Assembly (NCBI RefSeq): GCF_902713615.1
Contig: NC_052158.1
Location: 13,264,546 to 13,328,545, forward strand
Direction: 5' to 3'
Length of the DNA: 64,000 bases
Origin: Scyliorhinus canicula
Lineage: Eukaryota
Within the stretch, counting starts at the first letter, position 1; each line of letters opens with the position of its first letter. Shown here in pieces: positions 36,051 through 48,146 of this stretch. The notes under the pieces are model-generated. The model did no database searches. It had not been told where the DNA came from and saw nothing but the letters and a program-made list of their open reading frames with translations. Both the position numbers and the translations under genes were made by a program.

Positions 36051-37131
36051 TGAACTTCCAGAGGGTTTGTCCATGATAATGATGTGGTGTGTCCTTTCCT
36101 TCTGCAGTATGGCTGACCTGGGAGCTCGTCTGCTCTCACACTTCACCATCAGGCAGACTGGTAGAAGTTACATGCGAACAGTTAAGCTTTTAGCGCCTTC
36201 TTTTGCTGTCAAGTTATAAAGTGGGACTTGGAGCTAGAGCCTCAGGCCCTCAGGTGGGTGATACCCTCTGTGCCACACGTCCTCCTTTACCCCCTAGTTC
36301 CAAAGTCCATATGGAATCAGATAGTAGGGAACCGCCTTTAGAAACAATCCAACTGGGAGGAGGGGGTGAAGCTGGGTAAATATGGCTGACGGTGTTCCCT
36401 CTCTGCTTGAAGTCAATCACACACACAGAAACACAGAGAATGGTGATACAGTATTAAGGGAGGCCATTCTGCCCTGTATGCCAGTGTCGGCTCGTTGAAA
36501 CAGCTGTCCAATTACTTTCATTTCCTTGATCCTTCATCACACCTCTGCTTTTATTGCAACTTTATATATCAACCTTTTTGATAATTATTATTGAATTTAT
36601 CTATCGAGTCCTTTCAGGAAATGCTTAAGAATTGCTTAAACTTTGTTTCCACTCATATTTCCTTTTGTGATTTTACAAATCGCCTCAACTCAGTAACCTC
36701 TGGTCAGTCCCCATTCTGCCACTGGAAACATATTCTCACATTCACTCCATCAAGACCCTTCATGATTCTGTACAATTGTGCATTAACCCCTACTCCCCTC
36801 CCCCGCCATTTTAGCCTCCTCTCGGAATAAAGGCGGGGGAGATGTTTAACGTGTGGCACATTGGATATCACCTGGTTTAGATTATCACCAGAAGTCACGG
36901 TTGCCCCTACTTGTACCTGAGGAACGGCAATGTCACAAAGTTCTTATTCTCTAAATGCCTATAGAGCTATTGTCAGTAACTATTTCTTCCTTATGACATG
37001 TTAATAGACTGCAAACGGTGTTTGCAACACTACTCCGTGGACAAAATTATTTTGAAGGAAACCTGGCTTGTGGCAGCCCCCAGACATTGAGATACAGGGT
37101 GAGTTAGATGGTTAATTGCTCAAAACAACTG

Positions 37132-37339
37132 ATGTGGAGATGCCGGCGTTGGACTGGGGTGAGCACAGTAAGAAGTCTTACAACACCAGGTTAAAGTCCA
37201 ACAGGTTTGTTTCAAACACGAGCTTTCGGAGCACTGCTCCTTCCTCAGGTGAAGGACCTGAGGAAGGAGCAGTGCTCCGAAAGCTCGTGTTTGAAACAAA
37301 CCTGTTGGACTTTAACCTGGTGTTGTAAGACTTCTTACT
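37132..37339. mobile_element. Penelope-type terminal fragment inserted as a fold-back (84-bp perfect inverted repeat)
   Basis: Arms 37167-37250 and 37256-37339, loop GAAGG; flanking direct repeat CAAAACAACTG. Confidence 0.8.
37258..37290 (+). ncRNA. Minimal hammerhead ribozyme motif (Penelope type)
   Basis: CTGAGGA-A-GGAGC(AGT)GCTCC-GAAA-GCTC: core, 5-bp stem II, palindromic AGCT stem III, predicted cleavage after C37286. Mirror copy on the minus strand. Confidence 0.65.
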
Positions 37340-38055
37340 CAAAACAACTGTGATGGCAAAATAGTAATGTACTGTCATCTGCTGGCAGTTTCGCTGTAGT
37401 ACAGTAGATAGATGCGGAGTGCACACTATTCTCCCAATTTTCTTTTTGTTTTGCAGGAAGGCTGCGTTGTTCAGCTGGTTGATGCTATATATTGTGAAAT
37501 TATATTATTATATAGCATTTGACACCGTTAATACATACAACTTCCTTTCTCCAAACTGTTTTTGCTTTGTGGGAAAGGAGCACTCGTTTCTTCAATAGCG
37601 CACAGCTATCAGTATCTCCCCATGCCCCACATAGTTAAATTATCAGAGCACCAGCATCAACGGCATGTTCATATGCTGGAAAGACTAATTGTGAAATTAC
37701 TTATGTAAACCTGTGAGCGGCAGACAAGACCACGAAAGCTGCCCGCTTTTATATTCAAGGAATCAACTGATGGCTTGCCCTACATGTAATTCCAGTCCCA
37801 CATTAATACAGCGACTAGGAATGGGCATTTAACACTACTTTGATAGCGCTTATCAGTGTACACAATCAAAAATTCCCATTTCAACTATAACATACGCCAC
37901 AACTCAGGAAATCTAATCATGATATCTCAGGCCTCATGTCAGAAATGAAGTGCTTCATCCAGCAGTTATTGAGGGCGTGGAGGGGGGTTGGGGTGGGGAG
38001 AGATGGTGTTTTAGCTCAGTTGGCTGGAACTATGGTACTATGGGAACTTTACTTT

Positions 38056-38402
38056 CATAGAATCATAGAAATTACAGTGCAGATGGAGGCCATTTGGCCC
38101 ATCGATTATGCACCGGCCGTTGGAAAGAGTACCCACTCAAGCACACACCTCCTCCACCCCATCCCCTTAACTCAGTAACCACAATTAACTTTTTTGGACA
38201 CTGAGGGCAATTTGGCATAGCCAATCCACCTAACCCACACATCTTTGGACTGTGGGAGGAAACCGGAGCTCCCGGAGGAAACCCACGCACAGACGGGGAG
38301 AAAGTGCAGACTCAGCACAGACAGTGACCCAAGCCGGGAATCTAACCTGGGACCTTGGAGCTGTTAAGTAACTGTGCTAACCACTATGCTACCACGCTGC
38401 CC
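38056..38402 (-). mobile_element. HE1/V-SINE
   Basis: Full length. Confidence 0.88.
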
Positions 38403-39389
38403 GAAGGTGTGGCGGCAATTACTCAGTTATGTGGAATTCACTCCCAGCGGAGGTGGTGCAGTGAGAGTCACTAGGGACATTTAAGCGACTCTTGGACATG
38501 CACATGGACAGCAGTAAATGGTCGGCACAACATGGTGGGCTGAAGGGCCTGCATGTGTTGTCATGTTCTATGTTCTATGTACATAAAAGCGTGACTAGAG
38601 AAGTGTTAGAGGAATTAAATGACAGACATGGTGCGCACTATTTGGAAAGCTTTTAATACATTGTACACGAAACGTGAAGCAGAAACAATAAAAGATTCGT
38701 GTCAATCATATAATGCATAATTACCTCTTAACAACACCTGGAAGCATAGTTACCTCCGAACAATACGTGGGATATTTTAACACATTCGCAAAATAGTCAT
38801 TCACTGCTGTAATATTTTAACATGTATTCTAATACTTTTTAGAATAAATCGCCTTCGACATTGTAGCTCTATGCATGAAGAGAAAACATAAGGTGCATCG
38901 GCTGTTGATTCTAGATCATCGATCTCATCATGAAAGGAATTACAATTCGTTATTCTACTGTCAGTATACTGATCTAACTGATCACCCCAGGTGATCGAGA
39001 AAAATCCTACAATAAGCGTTCAAACTGATGTTTAAATTATACCGACTTCACATGACTGACATCCAATGCCAATCGCAAATTCGCATGTATCCATTAATCC
39101 ATTAATTTATCCATTAATTTCTCAAGCAGCGAATTCACCATTGCCAACTGTTCTTGCTAGGTGCAGCTATCCACTTGAACAGTATTTTTATGCATCGAAA
39201 TTTATTTTAAGCATGACTTCTTTGGAAAGGTCATTGATGCATGGTTTATTGACGCTGCTTTGAACTGTAGGTTAGCATAGATACAAAGTTTGGACCAAAA
39301 AATCTAGCAGCCAATTTATTTGCAGATTGCATTTTGCTACATATTTTGAAGTGAAAGCGGCCAATGCTACAAGGGGATCATGGGGTATT

Positions 39390-39578
39390 GAACATAGAAC
39401 ATACAGTGCAGAAGGAGGCCATTCAGCCCATTAACTCTGCCCCGACCCACTTAAGCCCTCACTTCTACCCTATCCTTGTAACCTAATTACCCCGCCTAAC
39501 CGTTTTGGACACTAAGGGCAATTTATCATGGCCAATCCACCAAACCTGCATGTGTTTGGGCTGTGGGAGGAAACGGGG
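39390..39578 (-). mobile_element. HE1 3' half
   Basis: Tail and part of the V-core. Confidence 0.8.
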
Positions 39579-40371
39579 CATCATCTAATTCAATGGCGGA
39601 GTACATTCTAGGGCCAAATAGCCTACTGTAAATTTTATCTCTTCAGTGAGTTTATTAAATAGATTTGTAACGTCCCCTTCTAATTCATAGCCTGATATTA
39701 AGACAATGCAAAGGTAGCAAGATGAAAACAACACAACGTAACATTATCTCTTGACTGTTCAACTAACCACAGGATGCAATGTGAGTAATTAGGCCACATT
39801 TAATTTAAACTTCTTCAAACCTCTGTCAAAGCATGAATCATAAAATGGTAAATATTCTTTTTTTAAAAAAAAAATAGGCCCGTACATGGATCTTTGGGCA
39901 AGATATGAATGTATGATGTAAAGGCAGCAATGTTTGTCATGAGTTCCGTGGCGGGTCGGGTTGGGGTGGGAGAATCACTTGCTTATTCCAAGTGAATTTT
40001 CATTTCATTGTTCTTCATTAATCGCGGAAACCTCTCATGCAAATTTTAGAAGTCATCGATTTCGCATTCGGGCCTTCATCACAATCAGAGTTCTTAGGCT
40101 GTTGGTGTATAAAATGATAGTTAGTGTTGGAAAGTCAAAGGTATTTCTCAATCTTTCTCAACATAGTACATGATTATGTTGATATTGACAGAAGAACGCT
40201 TAAGGCTTTATCAAAATATTCGTCACTCGTTATTGTAGTGCATGTGTGAGCTCAAAGTCCATCATTGTTCTATTCAAACACCCCTGCTGATGATGCAGAA
40301 TGCTGGCTCTGCTATAAGCGTCCTGGCAAGCTTTGGAACGCTTCCACAAAAACACCTGAGGCCCATCATTT

Positions 40372-40598
40372 TTTTCTCTAAAATTTAGAGCACCCAATTA
40401 TTTTTTTTCCAATTAAAGGGGAATTAAACGTGACCAATCTACCTAATCTGCACATCTTTGAGTTGAGGGGGTGAAACCTACACAGACACGGGGAGAATGT
40501 GAAAGCTCCACGCAGACAGTGAAAGAGGACCAGGATTCGAACCCGTGTCCTCAGTGCCGTAGGCTGCAGCGCTAACCACTGTGGCACCGTGGTGCCCC
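40372..40598 (-). mobile_element. HE1, poly(A)-tail subfamily
   Basis: aaatttagagcacccaatt...ccaattaa tail. Confidence 0.85.
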
Positions 40599-40807
40599 TT
40601 CTGTATCAGAGATCACCTGTTCTGAGGAAACAAAATGCAGCCGAATAGCTAAAGCAAAACCAAGTACTGGTTTTCCTTGGCACATGTGGACATCACACCT
40701 CTCATGTCCAACGTGTGTTGGGCTTCACTGGAACATTGTTGCAGAGCAAGGACACAACACTTCGGCCAAACTCTTCACATACCCTTCACATCCCGTAAAC
40801 ATACAAA

Positions 40808-41143
40808 TCATAGAATTTACAGTGTAGAAAGCCACTCGGCCCAACGAATCTGCACCGGCCTTTGGAAAGAGCACCCTACTTAAGGTCACGCCTCCACCCT
40901 ATCATCGTATCCCAGTAGGCCACCTAACGTTTTTGAACACTAAGAGGCAAGTTACATGGCCAATCCACCTAACCCGCGCATTTCTTTGGACTGTGGGAGA
41001 AAACCAGAGCATCCAGAGGAAACCCATGCAATTACACAGAGAAAGTGCAAATTCCACACAGACAATTACACAAGGCTGGAATTGAACCCGGGTCCCTGGT
41101 GCTATGAGGCTGCAGTGCTAACCACTGTGCCACCGTGCCGTCC
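40808..41143 (-). mobile_element. HE1/V-SINE
   Basis: Full length, diverged. Confidence 0.85.
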
Positions 41144-41254
41144 CTGAAGTTTGGATATTCTAGAATTCTTCCAAGGTCATCACATCCTTTGTAATAACTG
41201 GTGCCCTGAACTACTCACAGTGCTCCAGTTTTAGTGTAACATGGGATTTGTATA

Positions 41255-41995
41255 GTGAAACACAATTTCAACCACCCAGGATTCCTCCCATTCTCACATT
41301 TCTCTCCTCGACCTGCTACAATACTCCAGGAACGTCAAACACAAGCTGGAGGAACAGAACCTCACTTTCCAATTGGGAACTTCACAGCCTTTAGACTGAA
41401 CGTTAGTTCAACAATTTCAGACCATGAACTCTGTCCATCATTTGATTTCCCTTGCCATCTAGTGTCAGTCTGAATCTTATTCTCGGGGCTGGTTTAGCAC
41501 AGGGATAAATCGCTGGCTTTGAAAGCAGACTAAGGCAGGCCAGCAGTACGGTTCCATTCCCGTACCAGCCTCCCCGAACAGGCGCCGGAATGTGGCGACT
41601 TGTGGCTTTTCACAGTAACTTGTGACAATAAGCAATTTTCATTCATTTCATTTCATGTCTTGCTTCAGAAGGAGCAGACTTTTTGCCTTCTATGAACAAA
41701 TTCATCTATTTTGCTTCCAGGTGGTACTGACGACTACTCTGCTTGTAACATATACTGTAGCCTTTAGTCCTATCATTAGCACTCCTTTTGTCTTTGTTCC
41801 ATGTATCATTTAGTCTACCCTGACTTTCTGTTTTGTTCCACCCAACTTCCCTCTTTTTCAACTGCACATTGCCCAACACATTTCTTTCTCAACCAAATTC
41901 TGATGAAGAGTCGTGCAAGACTCGAAACAATAACTCTGTTTCTTTCGCCACAGAAGATGCCAGGCCTGTTGAGTTTTTCCAGAATTTTTTGTTCA
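41255..41995 (+). mobile_element. Degenerate Penelope 3' end (GIY-YIG C-terminus and terminal repeat), interrupted by a short SINE
   Basis: Translates KLEEQNLTFQLGTSQP. Hammerhead-like CTGATGA-A-GAGTC(GTGCAA)GACTC-GAAAC at 41900-41928 with a mutated stem III. Confidence 0.65.
41485..41652 (+). mobile_element. Short SINE (ggggctggtttagcac...gtgacaataag(catttt)n)
   Basis: Related copies at 15680-15848, 24395-24560 and 45608-45790 (all minus). Confidence 0.75.
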
Positions 41996-42149
41996 TATTA
42001 TTAGAATGGGAGTGATCTGTGTTAATGTCTCAACCATTGGCTGTGTTCATAAACAACTTAAACTATTGGCTTTGGGGTAGTGTATTGAGATGGATAGAAA
42101 ACTGGTTGGCCAAAGGTTATGTGGGGAAAGCAGAGCAGGTTACTGAGTT

Positions 42150-42318
42150 GGATGACCAGACATTTCTTTTTATTAAGGGGCAATTTAGCGTGTTCAATTC
42201 CCCTATCCTGCATATCTTTTGGGTTGTGGGGGGGATTGTGCAAACTCAGAGCCGGGATCGAACCTGGGACCTCAGCACCATGAGGCAGCAGCACTAACCA
42301 CTGTGCCACCATTCCGCC
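42150..42318 (-). mobile_element. HE1, internally deleted
   Basis: Head and ttaa-type tail. Confidence 0.75.
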
Positions 42319-42594
42319 CTGGACCAGCCATGATCATAATGAATGACGAAGCAGACTCAGAGGGTCAAAGGGCCTATTCCTGGTCCTATTTTCTACTTTT
42401 CTATGGAAAACCACATATCCACATTTGCTGATCGCACAGATCTTTGTAAGTAGCATTGTAGGTAATGGATGCTGAGGCATCATATTGCAAAGCAATATTA
42501 GTAGATTATGTAAATGGGCCAAACGGTACTTCAGTGGAAGTGTCAATGAGGTTTTTCACTTTGGAACTAAATATGATAGAACAGAGTAGATTCT

Positions 42595-42790
42595 CCTCAC
42601 AGCGACCAGGTTCCAGGTTTGATCCCAGCTCTGGATCACTGCCCGTGTGGAGTTTGCACGTTCTCCCGGTGTTTGCGTGGGTTTCGCCGCCACAACTCAA
42701 AAGATGTGCAGGGTAGGTGGATTGGCCACGCTAAATTACCCCTTAATTGGGATAAATGAATGCAGCACTCTAAATTTAAAAAAAAAGAAG
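42595..42790 (+). mobile_element. HE1, poly(A)-tail subfamily (5' truncated)
   Basis: ...ccccttaattggg...ctctaaatttaaaaaaaa. Confidence 0.8.
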
Positions 42791-43576
42791 ACTACATTCT
42801 AAATTGTGAAAAGTTAGAAAGATTTATGGTTTAAAGAGACTTGAAGTAACAGGTCGGATAAAATCATGACCAGATAAAGAAAGTAATTCAAAAGTTAATG
42901 AGATGTTTTATATCTGGAGGACAAGAATATCAGGGGTTGGAATTCCCGTTTCACCTATACAACACCCAGATCGGGCTACAATTGTAGTCCTGCATTCAGT
43001 TCAGTGCACCACATCTTAGAAGGGTAGAGTGACCTTGGAGGCAATGGAGCATAGCTAGACTCAGGGTGAAATGACGAGGAAACATTACAGAAGCTGGGCT
43101 ATATTCCCTGGCATTGTAAAGGTTGAGGGGCCGGTTTGATGAAAGTGTGCAAGATAGTGAAAGGAAAAGGTGGGGTAGGTGGAGCGAAACCATTACTGCC
43201 GGTTAGGGTCCAGAAGCAGGGCGCATGTGCTGTAAAAGAAAGTCAGACATTAATGAATAAAATTACATACTTTTTTCCAGAGCAACAATAATATAAAGTT
43301 CCACTGACAGAGATTGACGTTTGATCAATTATTAATTTTGAAACTGAGATTGGTGATTTTTTGTTAGCTAGATTAAGGGATGCGGAGCGATATCGCGCCC
43401 ATGAAGTTAGCTTGCAGATTAGCAAATAAATCAGCAAAAATAAGAGCCGTGCATCTGAAAACCTCCTCGTGTTCCTTTATCCCACGGTCAACACTTTTTC
43501 AAATTGTAGAATGTAATATCCCTAAAACAACATTCACGTAGTTTTTTGTTTGGCTATAAGGAACAAAGAAGCGTAC

Positions 43577-43696
43577 CTCGTACCTTTACCAGACACGCCA
43601 CAGCGCCAAATAGAACCAGGAAGACGGTGAGAATGCATTTTCCAACGAGAAAACCAGCGACTGGAGGCGAAAGAAATTCGTTTCCACAAATTCGAC
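43577..43696 (-). CDS. NCR3: Gene B stalk and transmembrane exon (RICGNEFLSPPVAGFLVGKCILTVFLVLFGAVACLVKVR)
   Basis: Acceptor actttaccttttag| and donor GAG|gtacgc; 120 nt, phase 1-1, in frame with the V exon. Hydrophobic segment with one Lys and a stalk Cys. Confidence 0.8.
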
Positions 43697-44362
43697 CTAA
43701 AAGGTAAAGTGCATTGTAGGGGTCGCTGTTGATGAAGGCGAACGGAAAACGCGCACGAATCTGCATCAACACATTTCAGTTTATATCCGCTGCCACAGTG
43801 GAATTCTTGCTCTGCGGAGCATCTAGTCTTTCATCAGCCGTCCTCTTTTAATCGGTGGACAGACTGTTGTTAACAGTAAACCACACATTCTGCCATTTAT
43901 TTCCTTCCCATTAATATTCGGGATCTTTGGAATGGAATGCGATGCTGTCCTATTCACGGTATCTAACATCTGCATTTCCAAGTCAAAATGAGGATACCAT
44001 CGAGAGGTCCTGCTGTGCCTCTGCCTGGGGTTCATAGATAGCCCAAGCGTAGCGAAAAATGGGACGGCGCACGCTCTGAGCCCCAGTCCTCCCTACCAAC
44101 ATTCCCAAACGCCCCGAGCTAGTTTTCTGGATTCTTGTGATTCAACCCGCTCAGCATCCAAATGTTGGGGAGACTAAGCCATCGTGATAATGCCACTGGG
44201 CAATTTGAATTCGACGGTCAGAATCTGAAAATCCACAACCACTCTCAATAATGGTGACAAGGATTGCTGTAAACCTGACTGGTGACCTAATACCTTAACC
44301 TCACCAGGCCTACACGCGAAGCCTGGAATATGACTGGTCCGGAAATTGCCTAGCCACTCAGT

Positions 44363-44570
44363 TAGAACATAGAACATAGAACAGTACAGCACAGAACAGG
44401 CCCTTCGGCCCTCAATGTTGTGCTGAGCCATGATCACCCTACTCAAACCCACGTATCCACCCGATACCCGTAACCCAACAACCCCCCCCCCCCCCTTAAC
44501 CTTACTTTTATTAGGACACTACGGGCAATTTAGCATAGCCAATCCACCTAACCCGCACATCTTTGGACTG
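44363..44570 (-). mobile_element. HE1 young subfamily, 3' half
   Basis: (catagaa)n-cagtacagcacagaacaggcccttcgg tail. Confidence 0.85.
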
Positions 44571-45479
44571 GGATGGGAAACGTACCCACGGCCAGTGATG
44601 CCCACACGAATAAATAAATAATGGATAGAATTCCATCCGATCTGACTCGTGGGGTGGTTTAATTCTACTATTGCGCGAAGGGCAATGTGAGGCATTGGGC
44701 GCCCAGAAACTCCGTGTTCAATGATTTGCTGGCCCAGGAAGGCCGTCAATTGGCAGTTGAATGAGCTTCAATCTGCAAATTCCTCCAACGCCGCGCCAAG
44801 GGCAGACAGTAAGACAGAGAAACGGTTCCTAGTCAGCCATGTGATGTTTGTTCATAACGCCAGACTGCAACAAGTTGGCCTCCCTGACTGTAGATACCAC
44901 CGCCACCGTCGTGCTGAGCAATATTTAACTCAGTTGGGAAACTTGCATTCAAACTTCAACCCATCAACTGAATGCATTTCTTTTGGACGTCATAAGAGAA
45001 AATGAAACGTTACCAAGCAACCTGCTGAAATTAACTCAGTCCCAGAAGATGGAAGGGAGAGTTGCACTAACTACCCCATTCTCTCATCAATCTCACTGTG
45101 TCAAAGGCGTTTCAATTCCTTGTTATGAATGGCATTGATCTCTGAGTTGTTTCTTATGCTTTGATCTTTATTCTTGGCCATCAGGAGACTAGAAAATGAG
45201 GTTCAATTGCAAAGTTAAATTAAAATCCGGAAAAAAAACCAGTTTGGGTGAACGAATCCAAACCTGGCTTTTTCAGTTGAATTCAAATCACTTTTAAACA
45301 TCATAGAATTATAGACATTTGCAACTCAGCGGGGGCCCATTCAGCCCATTGTGTGTGCACCAACCAACAAGTAGCCATTTGGAATAATCTCACTTTTCGG
45401 GTCCTTATCCTGCTCTCATAAGGCACTGCAAGCACATTGCAATGTACTTTCTGAATCTATACTTGCGGCACTGGAGAAA

Positions 45480-46070
45480 GTCATAAGATTATATTCATTG
45501 GAGTTTAGAAGAGTGAGAGGAAACATCATAGAAACTTATAAAATTCTAACAGGATTAGACAGGGTAGATTGATAAAGAATGCTCCCGATGGTGGGGGAGT
45601 CCAGAACTGAAATGAAATGAAAATCGCTTATTGTCACAAGTAGGCTTCAAATGAAGTTACTGTGAAATGCCCCTAGTCACCACATTCCAAAACCTGTTCA
45701 GGGAGGCTGGTACTGGGATTGAACCGTGCTGCTGGCCTGCCTTGGTCTGCTTTAAAAGCCAGCTCTTCAGCCCTGTGCTGAACCAGCCCCTAGGCTAGCG
45801 GTCATAGTTTGAAGATAGGGGGTAAACCTTCTAGGACTGAGGTGAGGAGAAATTTCTTCACCCAGAGAGAGATGAATCTTTGCAATTCACTACCACAGAG
45901 AACGATGTTGAGGCCAAAACGTTGAGTAATTTGAAGAAGGAATGAGTGATAGGTCTTGGGGCTCAAGGGACTTAGTGATATGGGGCAAAGGCAGGATTGA
46001 ACCTGTTGATTAGCAATGATAATGAATGGCTGAGCAGGCTCGAAGGAACAAACGACCTCCTCCTGTTACT
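45480..46070 (+). mobile_element. CR1 3' fragment containing a short SINE (45608-45790, minus)
   Basis: cattggagtttagaagagtgagagg...; the SINE interrupts agaact|agcggtcatag. Confidence 0.8.
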
Positions 46071-46552
46071 ACTTTCTATTTATGTTTCTATGTATTCTGC
46101 CCATCGATCCATGCTGTTTCCCGATAGAGCAATCCAGGCAGCCCCATCGTCCTGCTCTATCGTTGTAGCTTTGAAAATTCATTTTCTTCAAGTTCATACC
46201 CAATGTCCATTTGAAATAATTCATTGCCCCTGCTTCCAGCACCCCCATAGGCAGCGAGTTTCAAGCCACTACTACACGCCATGATCGACCAACCATTCAG
46301 AAGACAAGGTGCAGATCCCCCACATCCTTGGGCTGAAAAAGTCCCCCATATCCCCGAATCGCCCAAAGCCTCTTTAACTAATCAATGCCCTTTGTCTTAG
46401 TCCAGTCATCTCAAGAGGATAGTATATTTCCATCCACTCTAACTAAACCCCCCGTAAATCGCAAACTTCAACAGGTCTCCTCGCAAATCATTCTGGCTCA
46501 GAGAGATCCAATAGCCCAGGCCTATCCACATTTGCTCATAATTTATACAGAG

Positions 46553-46815
46553 TACATACAGGGCAGAAATAAGCCTTTCGGCCGATCGAGGCTGCACTGA
46601 CCCTTCCAAAAAGCACTCTGGACCGCAGATATAGCATGGCCAACCCAACTATCTTGCACATCTTTGGATTGTGGGAGGAAACCGGAGCACCCAGAGGAAA
46701 CGCACGCAGACACGGGGAGAATGTGAAAACCACACAGTCACCCACGGCCGGAATCGATCCCGGGGTCCCTGGCGTTGTGCAGCAGCAGTGGTCCCAACAG
46801 CCAGGCAGCGCAGGC
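46553..46815 (-). mobile_element. HE1/V-SINE (degenerate)
   Basis: V-core recognisable. Confidence 0.75.
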
Positions 46816-47008
46816 AATGGCTGCTGACATCTCCTTTTGTACCGGCTCCAGGGCAATGTCATCTTCCCTCCAATGTGGTGACAGGAACTGCATGTGTAAT
46901 ACTCCAACTGTGAGCTAACTAGTGCTTTCTGCACATCCAGCATGGCAGCTGTTATATTCCACCCCTCGGCTAAGAAAATGTCCCTCAGCCCTCCTGACCA
47001 CACCTTAC

Positions 47009-47116
47009 GTCCTGCTCTAACTACTTCAAGGGATCTGCGACATCCTCCAACATCCTCTACTCGTCTCAGTATTTTCTCTATCGTGTGCTCCCCTTCCCCT
47101 CCAGACACAACCAATT
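47009..47116 (-). CDS. Gene B possible cassette stalk exon (LVVSGGEGEHTIEKILRRVEDVGGCRRSLEVVRAG)
   Basis: Acceptor ctctttgcag| and donor C|gtaagg; 108 nt, phase 1-1, open in frame. The upstream intron would be only 49 nt, which makes it doubtful. Confidence 0.25.
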
Positions 47117-47165
47117 CTGCAAAGAGTGTTTATTTTGGAATCGCATCGGTCGATTTGCTGCTTAC

Positions 47166-47510
47166 GTTGTACTACGAGTTTGGTACCGTTGCCCACGCTG
47201 AGTTCCCCAGTCATTGCTTTGACTGTGCAGTAATAAGTGGCGGAATCGTACTGCCTGAGGTCGGAGATTTTGATGAAGATTTTCCGCTCGGCGAAGTGAT
47301 GGGATTTCGACCTCTCCAGTCGGCTCATGAGCTGTAGGTCCCCCTTCAATTCGGTCGCGTTTTCACTCGAAGCACCGCGTGACCAGGAGACTTGTCCGAC
47401 AAGAACCTGCACCAAGCTACTTCCGTAGGTACAATTCATGGTCACCGAGTCTCCTTCGGTTGCGTCTACCGACTGAGGGGACTGCAGGACTGTAACTCGT
47501 GCTTCACCGG
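47166..47510 (-). CDS. NCR3: NKp30/NCR3-like receptor gene B, exon 2: germline-joined VJ-type IgV domain
   Basis: Acceptor ttgatttctctcag| and donor C|gtaagc; 345 nt, phase 1-1. Peptide GEARVTVLQSPQSVDATEGDSVTMNCTY...GQVSW...SRL...IFIKISDLRQYDSATYYCTVKAMTGELSVGNGTKLVVQ; GNGTKLVV matches recalled NKp30 GNGTRLVV. Confidence 0.88.
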
Positions 47511-47831
47511 CTGAGAGAAATCAAAGGAGAATCGAAATGTTAGCTTTCAAGGGCGATTTCAACTCAAAGCGGCAAGAGGTGACACGATCAGGGTTACACT
47601 GGTTTTACTGCCGGCTCAGTCGCCACACACCTACCCAGGGAAGACCGGAGCGCAGTGTTAATGTGGCTGCACTGATAATCAAAGACCCACTCGTTAAGAA
47701 TTTTGGATCAAAACCCAGTGCAACGGATTTCGGTTAATAAATCTGGAAAATAAAAGGGGAAGTAGAAAATAGAAGTTGGCCATTCGGCCCTGCGACATTC
47801 CTCCGCCAGTCAATATGACCATGGCTAATTC

Positions 47832-48146
47832 TAATAATAACAACAATCTTTATTGCCACAAGTAGGCTTACATCAATACTGCAATGAACTTACTGTGAAA
47901 AGACCCTCCTCGCCACCTTCCGCCGCCTGTTCGGGAACACAGAGAGAGAATTCAGAATGTCCAAATGACCTTAACAGCACGTCTTTCGTGACTTGTGGTA
48001 GAAAACTGGAGCACCCGGAGGAAACCCACGCACACACGGGGAGGATGTGCAGACTCCACACAGACAGAGACCCAAGCCGGGAATCGAACCTGGGACCCGG
48101 GAGCTGTGAAGCAACAGTGCTATCCACTGTGCTACTGTGCTGCCCT
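47832..48146 (-). mobile_element. HE1, gtgacaat-tail subfamily
   Basis: Same tail as 14590-14905 and 62380-62738. Confidence 0.85.

Noticed and set aside
43243-43465. Possible gene B cytoplasmic exon with an ITIM-like LIYLLI
   Set aside because: Acceptor is weak and the peptide is implausibly hydrophobic right after a TM; not supportable without cDNA.
23057-47510. Identification as CD28/CTLA4, CD8A/CD8B or TCR V segments
   Set aside because: No MYPPPY; no long Thr/Pro-rich CD8 hinge; no C domains or RSS. The YxCxVEV and GNGTxLVV patterns fit NKp30 best.
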